DNA of 64,000 nucleotides. Source: an uncultured Phycisphaerales bacterium (lineage in GTDB: Bacteria; Planctomycetota; Phycisphaerae; Tepidisphaerales; Tepidisphaeraceae). The notes under the pieces were generated by a model that was given only the letters and a program-made list of their open reading frames with translations, was not told the DNA's origin and did no database searches. Positions 1 to 9,924 of the stretch are shown here, in pieces (within the stretch, counting starts at the first letter, position 1; every line of letters begins with the position of its first letter). Position numbers and translations under genes: made by a program. The stretch lies in contig CAWJPJ010000007.1 in NCBI GenBank assembly GCA_963844715.1, positions 352,001 through 416,000 on the forward strand, given 5' to 3'.

Positions 1-960
1 AGTTCGTCAATATCCTGATGCTCGGCGTCGCGTATCAGCTTGGTTTGATTCCCGTTTCCGGCGCTCGATGGCCTGGGCGATCAAGGACACCATCCGCCGC
101 GAGCATCGCCGCAACATCAAGGCGTTCAATATCGGTCGAAAACTCGCGCTCGAGCCCCATGCGCTGCCCAGCAAGCCCGCAGCCGGAAACCTGGGAGCAA
201 CTGGTCACCAATAAAATCCGCGTCTTCCGCAAGACGCGGTTTTTCGGCGTGATCACTTCGCGGCGATACGAAAAATTGACCGTCAGCACCATCCAGCAGA
301 TCCGCAGTCTTCCCGATCAGGCGAAGTATGACGTGGCCCTGCGGATTTACGATCTGGTGCAATATCAGGATTTCGGACTTGCCAAGCGCGTATGCGGAAC
401 TGGTGCGCAGGATTTATCAGCGCGACCGGGCCGACCGCGGATTCGCCGCAACCATCGCGGTCATCCGCAATCTCGCCAAGGTGAATCTCGTCAAGGACGA
501 ACCCTACGTTGCGTATCTGCTCACGCGCTACGAGAAGAAGCAGCGCGACATCGTGAAATACAACGTCGATACGCTCAACGGCGACTGGCTGCGCTACCGC
601 CACCACACCAGCCCGGAATTCAACATCGGGAAATATCGCTTCCGATTCAAGATCACCACGACCGACTGGCAACTGCACCTCGTGCGGCGCATGAAGTGGT
701 GGCGCCGCCTGCCCGGGTGGCATCTGCGCGAAGTCGCGTTCCGCGACTGGTACACGAAGCTCATCGATCGCGTGAATCTGGACGACGCCGGTTACGACCA
801 GGCCGTGCGCGTGCTCAACTGCCCCGAGGACGTCAGCGGATATCGCGAAGTGCGCTATCCAAAGATGGACCGGGCCCGCGCGGCCGTCGAGGCCGAATTG
901 GCCCCCACGTTCGGCGCCGAAACGCCGGCCCCGGCGATCAGTGCGTCTCCCGCGGCGTAA
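1..960 (+). CDS. C-terminal part of an indolepyruvate:ferredoxin oxidoreductase-family protein (DUF6537-like tail); 5'-truncated by the window, frameshifted
   Basis: 'NILMLGVAYQLGLIPVS', 'NIKAFNIGR' and '...PEDVSGYREVR' resemble the fused IOR family C-terminus. Pieces lie in ORFs 18..1232 and 328..960, joined across indels near 60-180 and 385. Confidence 0.6.
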
Positions 961-1919
961 TCGTCAGCGCGAGTTTCTCAGTTCCCCGCAACACATCCAG
1001 AGCCACGCTCTTGCCGGCGCGGCTGTCCGTCAGCAGCCGGTGCAGATCGTCCACGCGACCCACGGTATTGGAATCGAATCCCACGATGAGATCACCTTCC
1101 AGCAAACCCGCCGCCTGGGCGGGACTGTTGGGCTCGATGTGCGACACCAGCACGGCCGTTTCGTGTTCCAGATTGTGGAAACGCACCAGTCGCCGGTGCA
1201 GCGGCACGTCCTGCCCGCCGAGGCCGATGTAACTTCGCCGCACCCGTCCGGATTTGAGGAGCTGCGCCGCGACAAAGGCGGCCGTATTGCTCGGGATCGC
1301 AAAGCAAAGCCCCTGAGCCGGGAGGATGACCGCGGTGTTGACGCCAATCACCTCGCCCCGGCTGTTAACCAGCGGCCCGCCGCTGTTCCCCGGATTCAGG
1401 GCCGCATCCGTCTGGATGATGTTATCGATCAGCCGGCCGGAATTGGCGCGGAAGCTGCGTCCGGTGGCGCTGACGACGCCAGCTGTCACCGTGTATTGGA
1501 ACCCGTAGGGGTTCCCGATCGCGACCATAAGCTGCCCCACCTGCAAGGCCGACGAATCGCCCAACACAACGTGCGGCAGATTGGGTCCGTCGATGCGGAT
1601 GATCGCCAGGTCCGTATCCGGATCGTCCCCGACAAGTTCCGCGCCAAACCGCCGCCCGTCCGGAAGGGCCGCCGTGATCTTGGCCGCCCCATGGACGACG
1701 TGGCTGTTGGTGAGGATGAACCCGTCGGGGGTAAAGATGAACCCGGAGCCGGACCCGCCCCGCACCGCGCGGACCGCGGCGGGCGTCGCTCGACTCGGGT
1801 GCCCGAATTTCAATATGAACAACCGCCGGACTGACCAGCCGGGCCGCGCCAGTGACGGCACGGGAATACGCATCCAGCAGATCGGTATCGGCGGGGGGTA
1901 GATCTAGTGTTTGTGTCAT
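938..1919 (-). CDS. HtrA/DegS-like S1C serine protease with one PDZ domain (frameshift near 1800)
   Basis: Motifs GSGFI, TNSHVV, TDLAII, QTDAALNPGNSGGPL and a C-terminal PDZ (SPAQAAGLLEGDLIV). The N-terminus MTQTLDL... lies in the overlapping frame 1422..1919. Confidence 0.9.
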
Positions 1920-2079
1920 AACTCAACCTTTCCAACTAATTGTAGGAGGGGCGGTCAAGTGGGAGGCCGCAGCGGGGTTTGTGTGTTTCCAAAAAGCACT
2001 CGCGCGGGTCGGCGTCAACAATGGAATTCCCCGTAGCGGCGCTGCCCGGGGTTCGGTAGAAATTTTTCCCAAACAAAAC

Positions 2080-2120
2080 TTGACATTTCCCCGATCTACT
2101 CTATATTATAGAGTACTCTA
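2080..2120 (+). promoter_or_regulatory. Sigma70-type promoter overlapped by a palindromic operator
   Basis: TTGACA at 2080-2085 and a TATATT/TATTAT -10 at about 2102-2109. Perfect inverted repeat TACTCTATA-T-TATAGAGTA at 2097-2115, overlapping palindrome TAGAGTACTCTA at 2109-2120. Confidence 0.75.
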
Positions 2121-2135
2121 ACAGAGAGGTGGTCT

Positions 2136-2728
2136 ATGACGGAAATGAATCGAGTTGGTGAGGACCTTCGGTTTGTGCGCACGGCGGTGGATCGGCAGGC
2201 GAGCACGGATTCGACGCCAGGTGCGGGGCAATCTAATACATCTGGGCGGCCTATATCGGAGTGGGATATACATTGATTGATGTATCCCCGCGTGATGCGA
2301 ACTGGTTCTTCTTCCTCGCGTGGTTTCCGGGCGTCGCGGCCACCATGCTGGTGGCGCGGCGATGGATGCGCCGGTGGGGTGTGGTGGACCGGCAGGGGAC
2401 GTGGAGGGCGCAACTCCACTGGTTCGGGGGCAGCATACTGTCAGTGGCCGCCGTTATCGCTCTCGCGATGGCCGTACCGAGCGTCCGCGGTGTGCCGATC
2501 GGTCAGATTTCGGTCATTCTTTTTGGCATGCTCTGGTTTACCGCCGGTATTCATCTGGATCGGACGTTTTTGGTGCTCGGGCCGCTTTTCATGGCGGGTG
2601 GGATCGCCGTGGGATTTGTGCCGCATCATGGGTGGACCGCCCTCGGGTGGCTTACGGCGCTGGGATTGATTGTGGCCGGGATTAACGCTTCACGTGGCAG
2701 GTTTGCGCAGCCGCCCGTAGTTCAATAA
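2136..2728 (+). CDS. Multi-pass membrane protein (frameshift near 2230-2260)
   Basis: ATG 2136 follows a GAGGTGG RBS. Several hydrophobic segments in ORF 2261..2728; co-oriented with the downstream regulator. Confidence 0.65.
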
Positions 2729-2752
2729 TCGGGTGCTTTGCGTGGAGGCGTG

Positions 2753-3091
2753 ATGAGCTTGCAGGCGGACAACGAAAACGCGGTGGCCCCGGCGGGGCTG
2801 GATCAGCTTGATCCGCTCCTCCAGCACCGAAGCCGATTGGGAGCGCTGGTGCTGATGAGCAACGCCGATTCGCTCAGCTTCACGAGATTCCGCGATCTGC
2901 TGGGCGAAACCGATGGGAACCTGGGGGCACAATTGCGAAAGCTGGAGGAGGCGGGATACGTCTCAGTTAAAAAAGAATTTTTGGATCGCAAGCCGGTGAG
3001 TTGGTATTCACTCACGCCGGTCGGGCGGAAGAAACTGAAAATGCACCTCAAGGGGCTGGAGAGTTTGCTGAAGGCAGCGGGGGGCGAATGA
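2753..3091 (+). CDS. Winged-helix transcriptional regulator (HTH_34/ArsR-MarR-like)
   Basis: 'LDPLLQHRSRLGAL...LSFTRFRDLLGETDGNLGAQLRKLEEAGYV...WYSLTPVGR'. Confidence 0.85.
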   Translation: MSLQADNENAVAPAGLDQLDPLLQHRSRLGALVLMSNADSLSFTRFRDLLGETDGNLGAQLRKLEEAGYVSVKKEFLDRKPVSWYSLTPVGRKKLKMHLKGLESLLKAAGGE

Positions 3092-3239
3092 ATGAACTAA
3101 CCGGCGCCGTCCAGCGGGATGCTGCGGCCGAATCCGCCGAGCGGATTAAGGTAGTATGCGACCGGTTTCGTCGATGCCAAGCTTTGCCAGTACTTCGTTC
3201 TTATTAGACTGATCTGAGTTTGCCCATTCCAGAAGTCCG

Positions 3240-3422
3240 TCAAGCGCATGGACCGACTCTTTGGTGAGTTCGCGGGGGGGCCTGCAGTCCACGGGTGGAT
3301 TGCCTCAAAGTAACTACCTCGAAGGGAACAACCCGATTGTTGACCTTCGTGAGCTTCAAATCCCCGGTATCAGTCTCCTTGGCTTCTACAGAAATCAACT
3401 CGTTTTTGATTTCATCTGACAT
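3240..3422 (-). CDS. Small hypothetical protein in the lower-GC islet
   Basis: ATG 3422 is preceded by AGGGAG; 60-aa ORF with no recognisable family. Confidence 0.3.
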   Translation of the reverse strand: MSDEIKNELISVEAKETDTGDLKLTKVNNRVVPFEVVTLRQSTRGLQAPPRTHQRVGPCA

Positions 3423-5297
3423 CGGAACTCCCTTCGGAGAACGATCGAGCGAAAATCTGCGTTAATAGATCCGCAGTAACATCCATAATATCGACCACTA
3501 TGCCAAAAAGTAAAGCATCGGCGGCCAGCTTTGCATTGGTATCGACGTCCAATATACCGTAAACAGGCTGTCCCAAACGTCGGGTTGCAATTGAGTCGAA
3601 ATATTGCTTTTCTATCGGCGACGATCCAACTTCGCGGGCGCGTTTCCGTTTGCCACTCGCCGTGAGTAGCTACATGAGCAATCGGCACACACCAAAGCCA
3701 TGTGCGATCGGATTTTACGCATAAATGCTGCTCCGCAGTCATGTTAAAAAGGCCGGTGGCTTCGCGGGGTTTGTCGCTGCAAGGTTCGTCAATTCACCAA
3801 GATTGCAATATAATCTCGTGAGCCGTGTGTATGCGTAGCCTGTGAGCCCCTGATCAAACCCAAACACTGGTGGGTCCGCCGCGCCGGGTTCGAAACCATA
3901 TCGGTAGCACATTTGAAGTTTCTTGCCGATGACCAAAAATACAGAAGCCCGCGTCTCCGGAGCGGAAGGCAGTCCGAAGAATAGCTTGTTCACTTTGATG
4001 ATGAGCAACGCCAATTGCTTTTCGACTTCAGATTCAGGGGGCAACCTAAAGCTCATCTTGCTCAGGCGCTTGATCGCAAATACAGCTCCTTTCTGCACCA
4101 TTGCCAGAACCCGGTGTTTGTTGAGCTGATCGATGTCTAGGACATTCGGGGGACCATCCGCTTCGGCCGTACGTTGAGCAACGATCCAGGGCCGTTGATC
4201 CATCGTCTGCTCGAGTAAGGCCTCTAATTCATCTCTTGCGCCTCCCGTCAGAAGTGCTGCTAGAGATTTCAAATACGCTAGCGAGTCGTCCGGCGAAGTG
4301 TATTGCGCCTCGTCATCGGATCGCCGTAGCCCAATATGTTGCCATGGAAGTCGTGTCAAAAAATCCCATTCGGCATCTTTATCCCGGTAAAGTCGCTGCC
4401 GAAATCCCTTTCCGAATACCCAAAGCGGAAAATTCGAGATGACCCCACCGTCAACCAAAAGATCAGGCGGTTTTCCCACTGCGCCTGGATTCGACGCATC
4501 GCCTGGATTGGCGAGTTCGACCGGCCTAAAGAACAAAGGAAAAGAGCCTGAAATTCGCGCGGCACGCGCCACAGGCAAGTCCTGAAATTCCCCGTCCCGA
4601 GAGTCAATGATGATTAGTTTACGCCGCGTTACGTTTGTGCTTGTTAGTAGAAGCGGGGGAAAATAAATTGCGTTAGTTCCGGTTTCCGCCCTCGATTTTA
4701 GTTCAGCCGCTTTCACATGACCGAAAGTGATCTTGGCGCGTCCAGATGCAACGTCAAAAGGCATATGCGCGAGCAGCCGTTGGATCTTGCGCGATTTGCG
4801 GATCATCGCATCGAGTTCAATTTCCAACTGCTCACCAAAAAACAGTCCCTTGCCTCGGTAGTGCGTGGAAAACCGGCACATAACAAAAAAGGCTGGGCGC
4901 AGCAGAAGCGACAGCGAAGCAACAGTCCTTGCGGCAGAAGGCTGGTCAAACGATTCCTTTATGCTTTCGATGCACAACTGGTCGTTTTGATCAGCCACCG
5001 CAAATCCTGAAAGCGAAAAGGTCGATCGCTAGGGCCGAATGGACCAAGTAGCTCGGCAAGTTTGTTGTCGGACGCGAGCCGAAAAAATTCGTTTGTGATT
5101 TCGTCTGGATTCAGCCCCGACCAATAAAGGGTTGCGATGATCGCCCCGGCGGACGTGCCAGCCAAAGCGGCGGGGATAATTTTGTGTATGTAGTGTACCG
5201 CGTACAACTGGCCGAGTAAGCTTAATCTGTAGACTCCCCCACCTTGAAAGGTGAGCACGGCGAAACGATCCCATTCGCGCTTCGAATCCGGCGCCAT
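3395..5297 (-). CDS. Patatin-like phospholipase fused to a C-terminal GAF-like domain (frameshifts near 4990 and 3745)
   Basis: Gly-rich FQGGGVY, nucleophile GTSAG and catalytic LLVDGGVISNFP. The tail 'RASVF...GLTGYAY...WLWCVPI' is GAF-like. One extra T in the minus-strand T5 run (A5 on + at 3746-3750) joins ORFs 3739..4998 and 3395..3742. Confidence 0.7.
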
Positions 5298-5302
5298 ACC
5301 TA

Positions 5303-6189
5303 GGGCCTGTCTGATGAATCGCTTTTGGTTATAAATAGCGGTTTTCAGACGAGGTGTCACGGATGCGACGTTATGAGCTCACGGATGAGCAGTACGAGTT
5401 GATCGGCGATCTGCTGCCCGGCAACGGCAAGCGCGGCGGGCAGTGGAACGACCACCGCACCACGCTCAACGGCATGTTCTGGATTCTGCACTCGGGCACT
5501 CAATGGCGGAGATGCCCGAACGTTACGGCAGATGGCAAAGCGTCTACGACCGCTTCAACCGCTGGAGAAAGGACGGAACGATTGATCGAATCCTCCAGCG
5601 GCTGCAGATGAGGTTGGACAAGCAAGGACGAATCGACTGGGACCTGTGGTGCATCGACGGCACCAATGTGCGAGCCAGTCGATCCGCCGCCGGAGCCAGA
5701 AAATCAAAACCGCCCCGGAAGAACCGGCGGATCACGCGTTGGGCCGCAGCCGAGGCGGGTGGGGCAGCAAGCTCCACCTGGTTACTGACGGCCAGGGAGT
5801 TCCGCTCGCCGTCGAGGCCAGCGCCGGCCAATGCCACGAGAGCCGGTACGTGGAGCCGGTGATGAACGCGAATGCGCATCGGTCGCCGCCGTCGTCGCCC
5901 CAGGAGGCTGGCGGGCGACAAGGGATACAGTTACGGAAATGTGCGGCGATGGCTGCGTCGCCACCGAATCCAAGCGGTGATCCCGGCGAAATCGAATCAG
6001 CCGCCGCAGGAGAACTTTGATCGCAAGGCGTATCGCCGACGGAACGTGGTGGAGCGTTGCGTGAATTGGATGAAGGAGAATCGCCGCCTGGGCACGCGTT
6101 ACGAGAAACTGGCGGTGAACTTTCAGGCCATGGCCAAGCTCGCCATGATCCGTCGCTATTTCAGGATTTTGGATTCATCAGACAGGCCC
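5303..6189 (+). mobile_element. IS5-family insertion sequence (IS427/IS1031-like), 887 bp
   Basis: Perfect 18-bp terminal inverted repeats GGGCCTGTCTGATGAATC (5303-5320) and GATTCATCAGACAGGCCC (6172-6189). TA direct repeats at 5301-5302 and 6190-6191. Confidence 0.93.
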
Positions 6190-6192
6190 TAG
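5363..6192 (+). CDS. IS5-family DDE transposase (split over several frames; one shift may be programmed)
   Basis: 'MRRYELTDEQY...LNGMFWILHSG', 'WQSVYDRFNRW', 'IDGTNVRA', 'LGRSRGGWGSKLHL', 'AGDKGY', 'YRRRNVVERC...RRLGTRYEK'. Confidence 0.92.
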
Positions 6193-6312
6193 CCCCGCGG
6201 TGGAGAATGGCTGTACAGATGCACGCTACGATTGCGTTTGTAGCCCAGATTCACGCTCTATGCAAATCGATCACGATTTTGCGCGACGGTTCCGCGAGAT
6301 ATCAGTTGGCCT

Positions 6313-7161
6313 TCACCCGGTCTGCCCCAACGACACATCCGACTTCGACAGCACGTGCTTCACCAGTTCCAGCCGCGTGATGACCTCCTCCATATCGGCG
6401 GGGCGCTTGGCGGGGCGGGTCGCGACGCATTCCATGACGAGATTGGATAGGCCGCCGGGGACGCGCGGGTTTTTGTCCGCGGGGGTGGGGATGGACTGAT
6501 CCAGGAGAAAACTATTCTCGCCTTTTTTATTGACCGTGTAGAGCGTGGGAATGTTCGTTCTTGTCAGGGCCCAGTAAATCGTGGCGCCAAGGTTGTACAC
6601 ATCGGTTTGCACGGAGATCGGGCGGCGGGCTACCTGCTCGGGGGCGATGTAGTCGGGAGTCCCCTGGATGCGCTCTTTGACGGTGCCGATCTTGCAGCTC
6701 TGCCCGAAGTCGATGATTTTCACGAACCCGGCGTCGTTGCGCAGGATGTTATTCGGCTTGATGTCGCAGTGGGCGTAGCCGAGGACGTGCATGCCCTTGA
6801 GGCCCTGGGCCGCCTGGATGAACGTATCGACGATGGCAAGCATGCTGTCCGGGCAGCGGACGTCCAGAGGCTTGCCGTCGAAAAGTTCCATCAGCAGGAA
6901 GGCCTCGGTGACTTTCATGAAGAGGCTTTTGACGATTTTGAGTTCGAGCGAGCGGCGAAGATTGGGGTGGTTGAACTGCTTGCTGATGTCGAACTCAGCC
7001 TGCATCTGCTCGATGAAGCGGATGTCCTTGGGGTTCTCGCGGACGACGTGTTTGAGGGCGAAGACCTGCCGGGTGATGGGGTCACTGACGGCGTAGATGA
7101 CGCTGCGCACTCCTTCTCCCAAGCGCTCCAGCACGTCGTAATTGAGGAGCTTCTGCGGCAT
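6313..7161 (-). CDS. Hanks-type Ser/Thr protein kinase (cytoplasmic, kinase domain only)
   Basis: LGEG, ALKHV, HCDIKPNN, IDFG, GTPDYIAPE, DVYNLG. Confidence 0.92.
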   Translation of the reverse strand: MPQKLLNYDVLERLGEGVRSVIYAVSDPITRQVFALKHVVRENPKDIRFIEQMQAEFDISKQFNHPNLRRSLELKIVKSLFMKVTEAFLLMELFDGKPLDVRCPDSMLAIVDTFIQAAQGLKGMHVLGYAHCDIKPNNILRNDAGFVKIIDFGQSCKIGTVKERIQGTPDYIAPEQVARRPISVQTDVYNLGATIYWALTRTNIPTLYTVNKKGENSFLLDQSIPTPADKNPRVPGGLSNLVMECVATRPAKRPADMEEVITRLELVKHVLSKSDVSLGQTG

Positions 7162-7567
7162 TAAATTTCGTCGATCCATCCCGAACACGGCGCAATCTCC
7201 CGGTATGCCGGATGGCGACAAACTGGGGAGGCAACCCGCGGAGGAGGATAAACGATAAATAAACAGCCATCCGCCGGGGAGACGCCGGATTCGATAATCA
7301 GCCATACTTTAAGGGCCTGTAAACAGCAGGGGAACGTCAAAACGACGTGGTCGAGCCGCCGCTCCCCAACCGGATCGCAAGCCATGTAACCATATTCTAA
7401 CAATCGCGGTTTGGCAAGAAATTTGGGGGGTGAAGCGGTTCCTGGGGTGACGATCCCCTCAAAGCAGACAACTCCGTCGATGCCGCCAAGGGAAAGTGCT
7501 ACGCCTCGCTAGCCCATCCTCCAGGCCATCGGGATACCCCGCCGCCAGGGCGAAACTAACGCCCCGA

Positions 7568-8320
7568 TTAATTCCACGTGATATGACGGGTGTTCCTGCG
7601 TGATCGAACGACCGAGACAATGCTCAGCCCAGCCAGCATCACCGCGGCAGACCAAACAGCCGGCGGCAGCGGAACCGCTGAACCATTCCCACCGGTATTG
7701 CCCGAACTGATCGGCGTACCGCCCGGCGTGATCGCGTCGCTAACCGGTTCGTTGAACGCGACCGAGTCGATCGAGAAATCCCATCCTGCCGTGAGGTCGT
7801 CGGGAGAAATCGTAACGCTCGTAATATCCGTGGCTTTCAAATCAACGACCCCGTGGCCGCTGTCTTCATTGGTCGCGAGATCGCTCAGAATCTCCTGCCC
7901 GGTCTGGAGAGAGCCGTCGAATGCGTCGATGGTATAGGACTCGATAGCCTGCATCCCGTTGAACAACGGAAAGCTGATTTCGTCCACGGTATATCCGGGG
8001 TCAATCGCTACCGTGACGGATGACTGAAGCGTTGTACTCGCGGCCGGGATCACCGACGTCGAGGCTGTGCCATAGACATTGGGAGCCGTTCCGAACGACA
8101 AGGCCGGGAGATTGGTTTCGTCGCCGAGAACAACACCGCCGCTGAAGCCGGCGACGCCAGGAACGACGATCGTTTGCGCGGGGCCGGCTTTGGAGAACTC
8201 GCTTGGAGCCGCCGGGATTGAAGGATTATTTTCAAAATCAACAAATGCCGTGGCTGCCGTCGCCCGAGACACCAGAACCAACGACAGAACCGAGGCAATA
8301 CCCAAGGTCAGATGACGCAT
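7568..8320 (-). CDS. Secreted protein with a VPLPA/PEP-CTERM-type sorting signal
   Basis: N-terminal signal peptide MRHLTLG...ATAA. C-terminal 'AVPLPPAVWSAAVMLAGLSIVSVVRSRR' has motif, TM helix and basic tail. Confidence 0.8.
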   Translation of the reverse strand: MRHLTLGIASVLSLVLVSRATAATAFVDFENNPSIPAAPSEFSKAGPAQTIVVPGVAGFSGGVVLGDETNLPALSFGTAPNVYGTASTSVIPAASTTLQSSVTVAIDPGYTVDEISFPLFNGMQAIESYTIDAFDGSLQTGQEILSDLATNEDSGHGVVDLKATDITSVTISPDDLTAGWDFSIDSVAFNEPVSDAITPGGTPISSGNTGGNGSAVPLPPAVWSAAVMLAGLSIVSVVRSRRNTRHITWN

Positions 8321-8621
8321 TTTGTTTCTCCCACCTTTTTTTGACTCCCACCAGCACGGATTACCACGCCAGCGCAAGCATAAACCCACGAATTGGCACC
8401 CAAACTGAACGGGCGGGCTCAAATGTTAATTAGCGGCTATGCGAGAAATCAAGCAAATTCCTGAAAAGTAATGTTGGAGGTCGCCGGTAGCTTTGAAATT
8501 CAGAGTCACTTTTGGCCTCAAGCACGCAAATAAATAACCCGCGATGGGCCCTGGTTTGAGAATTTGGACATCCGAGAATTTGGACATCCGGGCGAGCAAG
8601 CTCGCCCGGCTTCGCATTTTG

Positions 8622-9233
8622 TTATGGCAGGATCTGGTCCCGGAACGCCGTCACCGGGAAATACCGTCCCACGCTGCTGGGGGTTCCCGATTCGTTCAGG
8701 AAGATCACCCGCTGCCCGGGGATGCGCATTTGGCTTTGCAGCGTGGTGACCAGTTCCGCCAGCCGGTGGAGCTGCATGCTCGTGGGCATCGAGTGATCGA
8801 AGTCGCCGATGAGGCAGATGCTGATGCAATCGGGTTCGATGTGCGCGACGCCCGGCGGGGCGGCGGCGGATTGCTGCTGATTCCAACGCGGGCTGATCTG
8901 GATTTCGCCGTCCTGGCATCCTTGGCCGTTGCCGATGACGAAGTGATCGCACAGATCGCCATTGGCGCCGGCGAGCGTTTGCGCGCTCCCGGTGGGGGCG
9001 CCGCTGTGGTGAATGTAAATGTACCGCCACTGGTCAGCGCGCGTGGGCACGGCGGTTTTGAAGACATCATCGAGGAACTGCCCGTGATCGCTGGCCGAGA
9101 GAGAATTGAAGTTCTCGCCCGATAGCGGCGGCGGGGCGAGGGCGAGAAGCAACGCACTGGTAAAGGTTAGAATCGCAACTAAAGTGGTGAGGACAACGAC
9201 CTTACGCTTGGATTTTTTCACGACGGAGCCCAC
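8622..9233 (-). CDS. Membrane-anchored Amidase_2/PGRP-fold protein, probably catalytically degenerate
   Basis: N-terminal TM segment, 'YIYIHHSG', 'HFVIGNG...DGEI', 'ISICLIGDFD'. Confidence 0.75.
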   Translation of the reverse strand: MGSVVKKSKRKVVVLTTLVAILTFTSALLLALAPPPLSGENFNSLSASDHGQFLDDVFKTAVPTRADQWRYIYIHHSGAPTGSAQTLAGANGDLCDHFVIGNGQGCQDGEIQISPRWNQQQSAAAPPGVAHIEPDCISICLIGDFDHSMPTSMQLHRLAELVTTLQSQMRIPGQRVIFLNESGTPSSVGRYFPVTAFRDQILP

Positions 9234-9546
9234 GAATTAATAAATTGTCCGGCGATGCGCTGAAATTCCCGCACCGGGTCCGATAAAAAGGCCCGGCGGC
9301 CTGTGATAAATTCATCGGCATAAGGCATCAAACTAATTGCGAAAATTTTCCCCGCCGTCCATTTTTATCCGGCGATTGACCAGTAATCCGTCAAGGTGTG
9401 CGGAGCTTTGGGCGCGTAGGTTCCGCGCAATTCCTGCGGTAAACAGCGCTTTAGCGGACGTTGCCGCTTGTTCGGGCGGGGCGTGCCGCGGCTAAATCGC
9501 CGCTGGTCTTTCAGGCGGTCCGATAGGCGCCGGGCGAAGTGGCACT

Positions 9547-9918
9547 TCATCCTTCGCGCAAGAAGATGAAAAGGACTGCTATCAACACCAAAAAGAGCAC
9601 AAACGCGATGACCACGCCGAGTTTGAGGAGATGCGTGTTGACTTGCTGGTGATCTTTGGCGCCCGCGATGTTCTTTTGTGGGATGGAGGCCGCGGCGGCG
9701 GCGATTGACGCAACCGGATTGCTCGAAGGAGTTGGAGCCGGACGGGCGGCGGTGGCTTGCCGGGGCGGCGGGGGCGCGGGCTTGCTGCTGGGTTTGAGGC
9801 TGGCGGGGACGACCTGGATGGTCCCGCAGTGCTGGCAGCGGCAAACGCCGCCGGCGAAAGCGTCGTCGACGGAGAGGACGGCTTTACAACTCGTGCACGA
9901 AATTCGGATCATTCTCAA
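9547..9918 (-). CDS. Zn-ribbon protein with Pro/Ala linker and C-terminal TM helix
   Basis: CTSC...CQHC pairs and a hydrophobic C-terminus. Confidence 0.7.
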   Translation of the reverse strand: MRMIRISCTSCKAVLSVDDAFAGGVCRCQHCGTIQVVPASLKPSSKPAPPPPRQATAARPAPTPSSNPVASIAAAAASIPQKNIAGAKDHQQVNTHLLKLGVVIAFVLFLVLIAVLFIFLREG

Positions 9919-9924
9919 CGACTT

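Noticed and set aside
3240..6200. CBASS operon around the patatin
   Set aside because: No CD-NTase, Cap2/Cap3 or other CBASS gene is recognisable.
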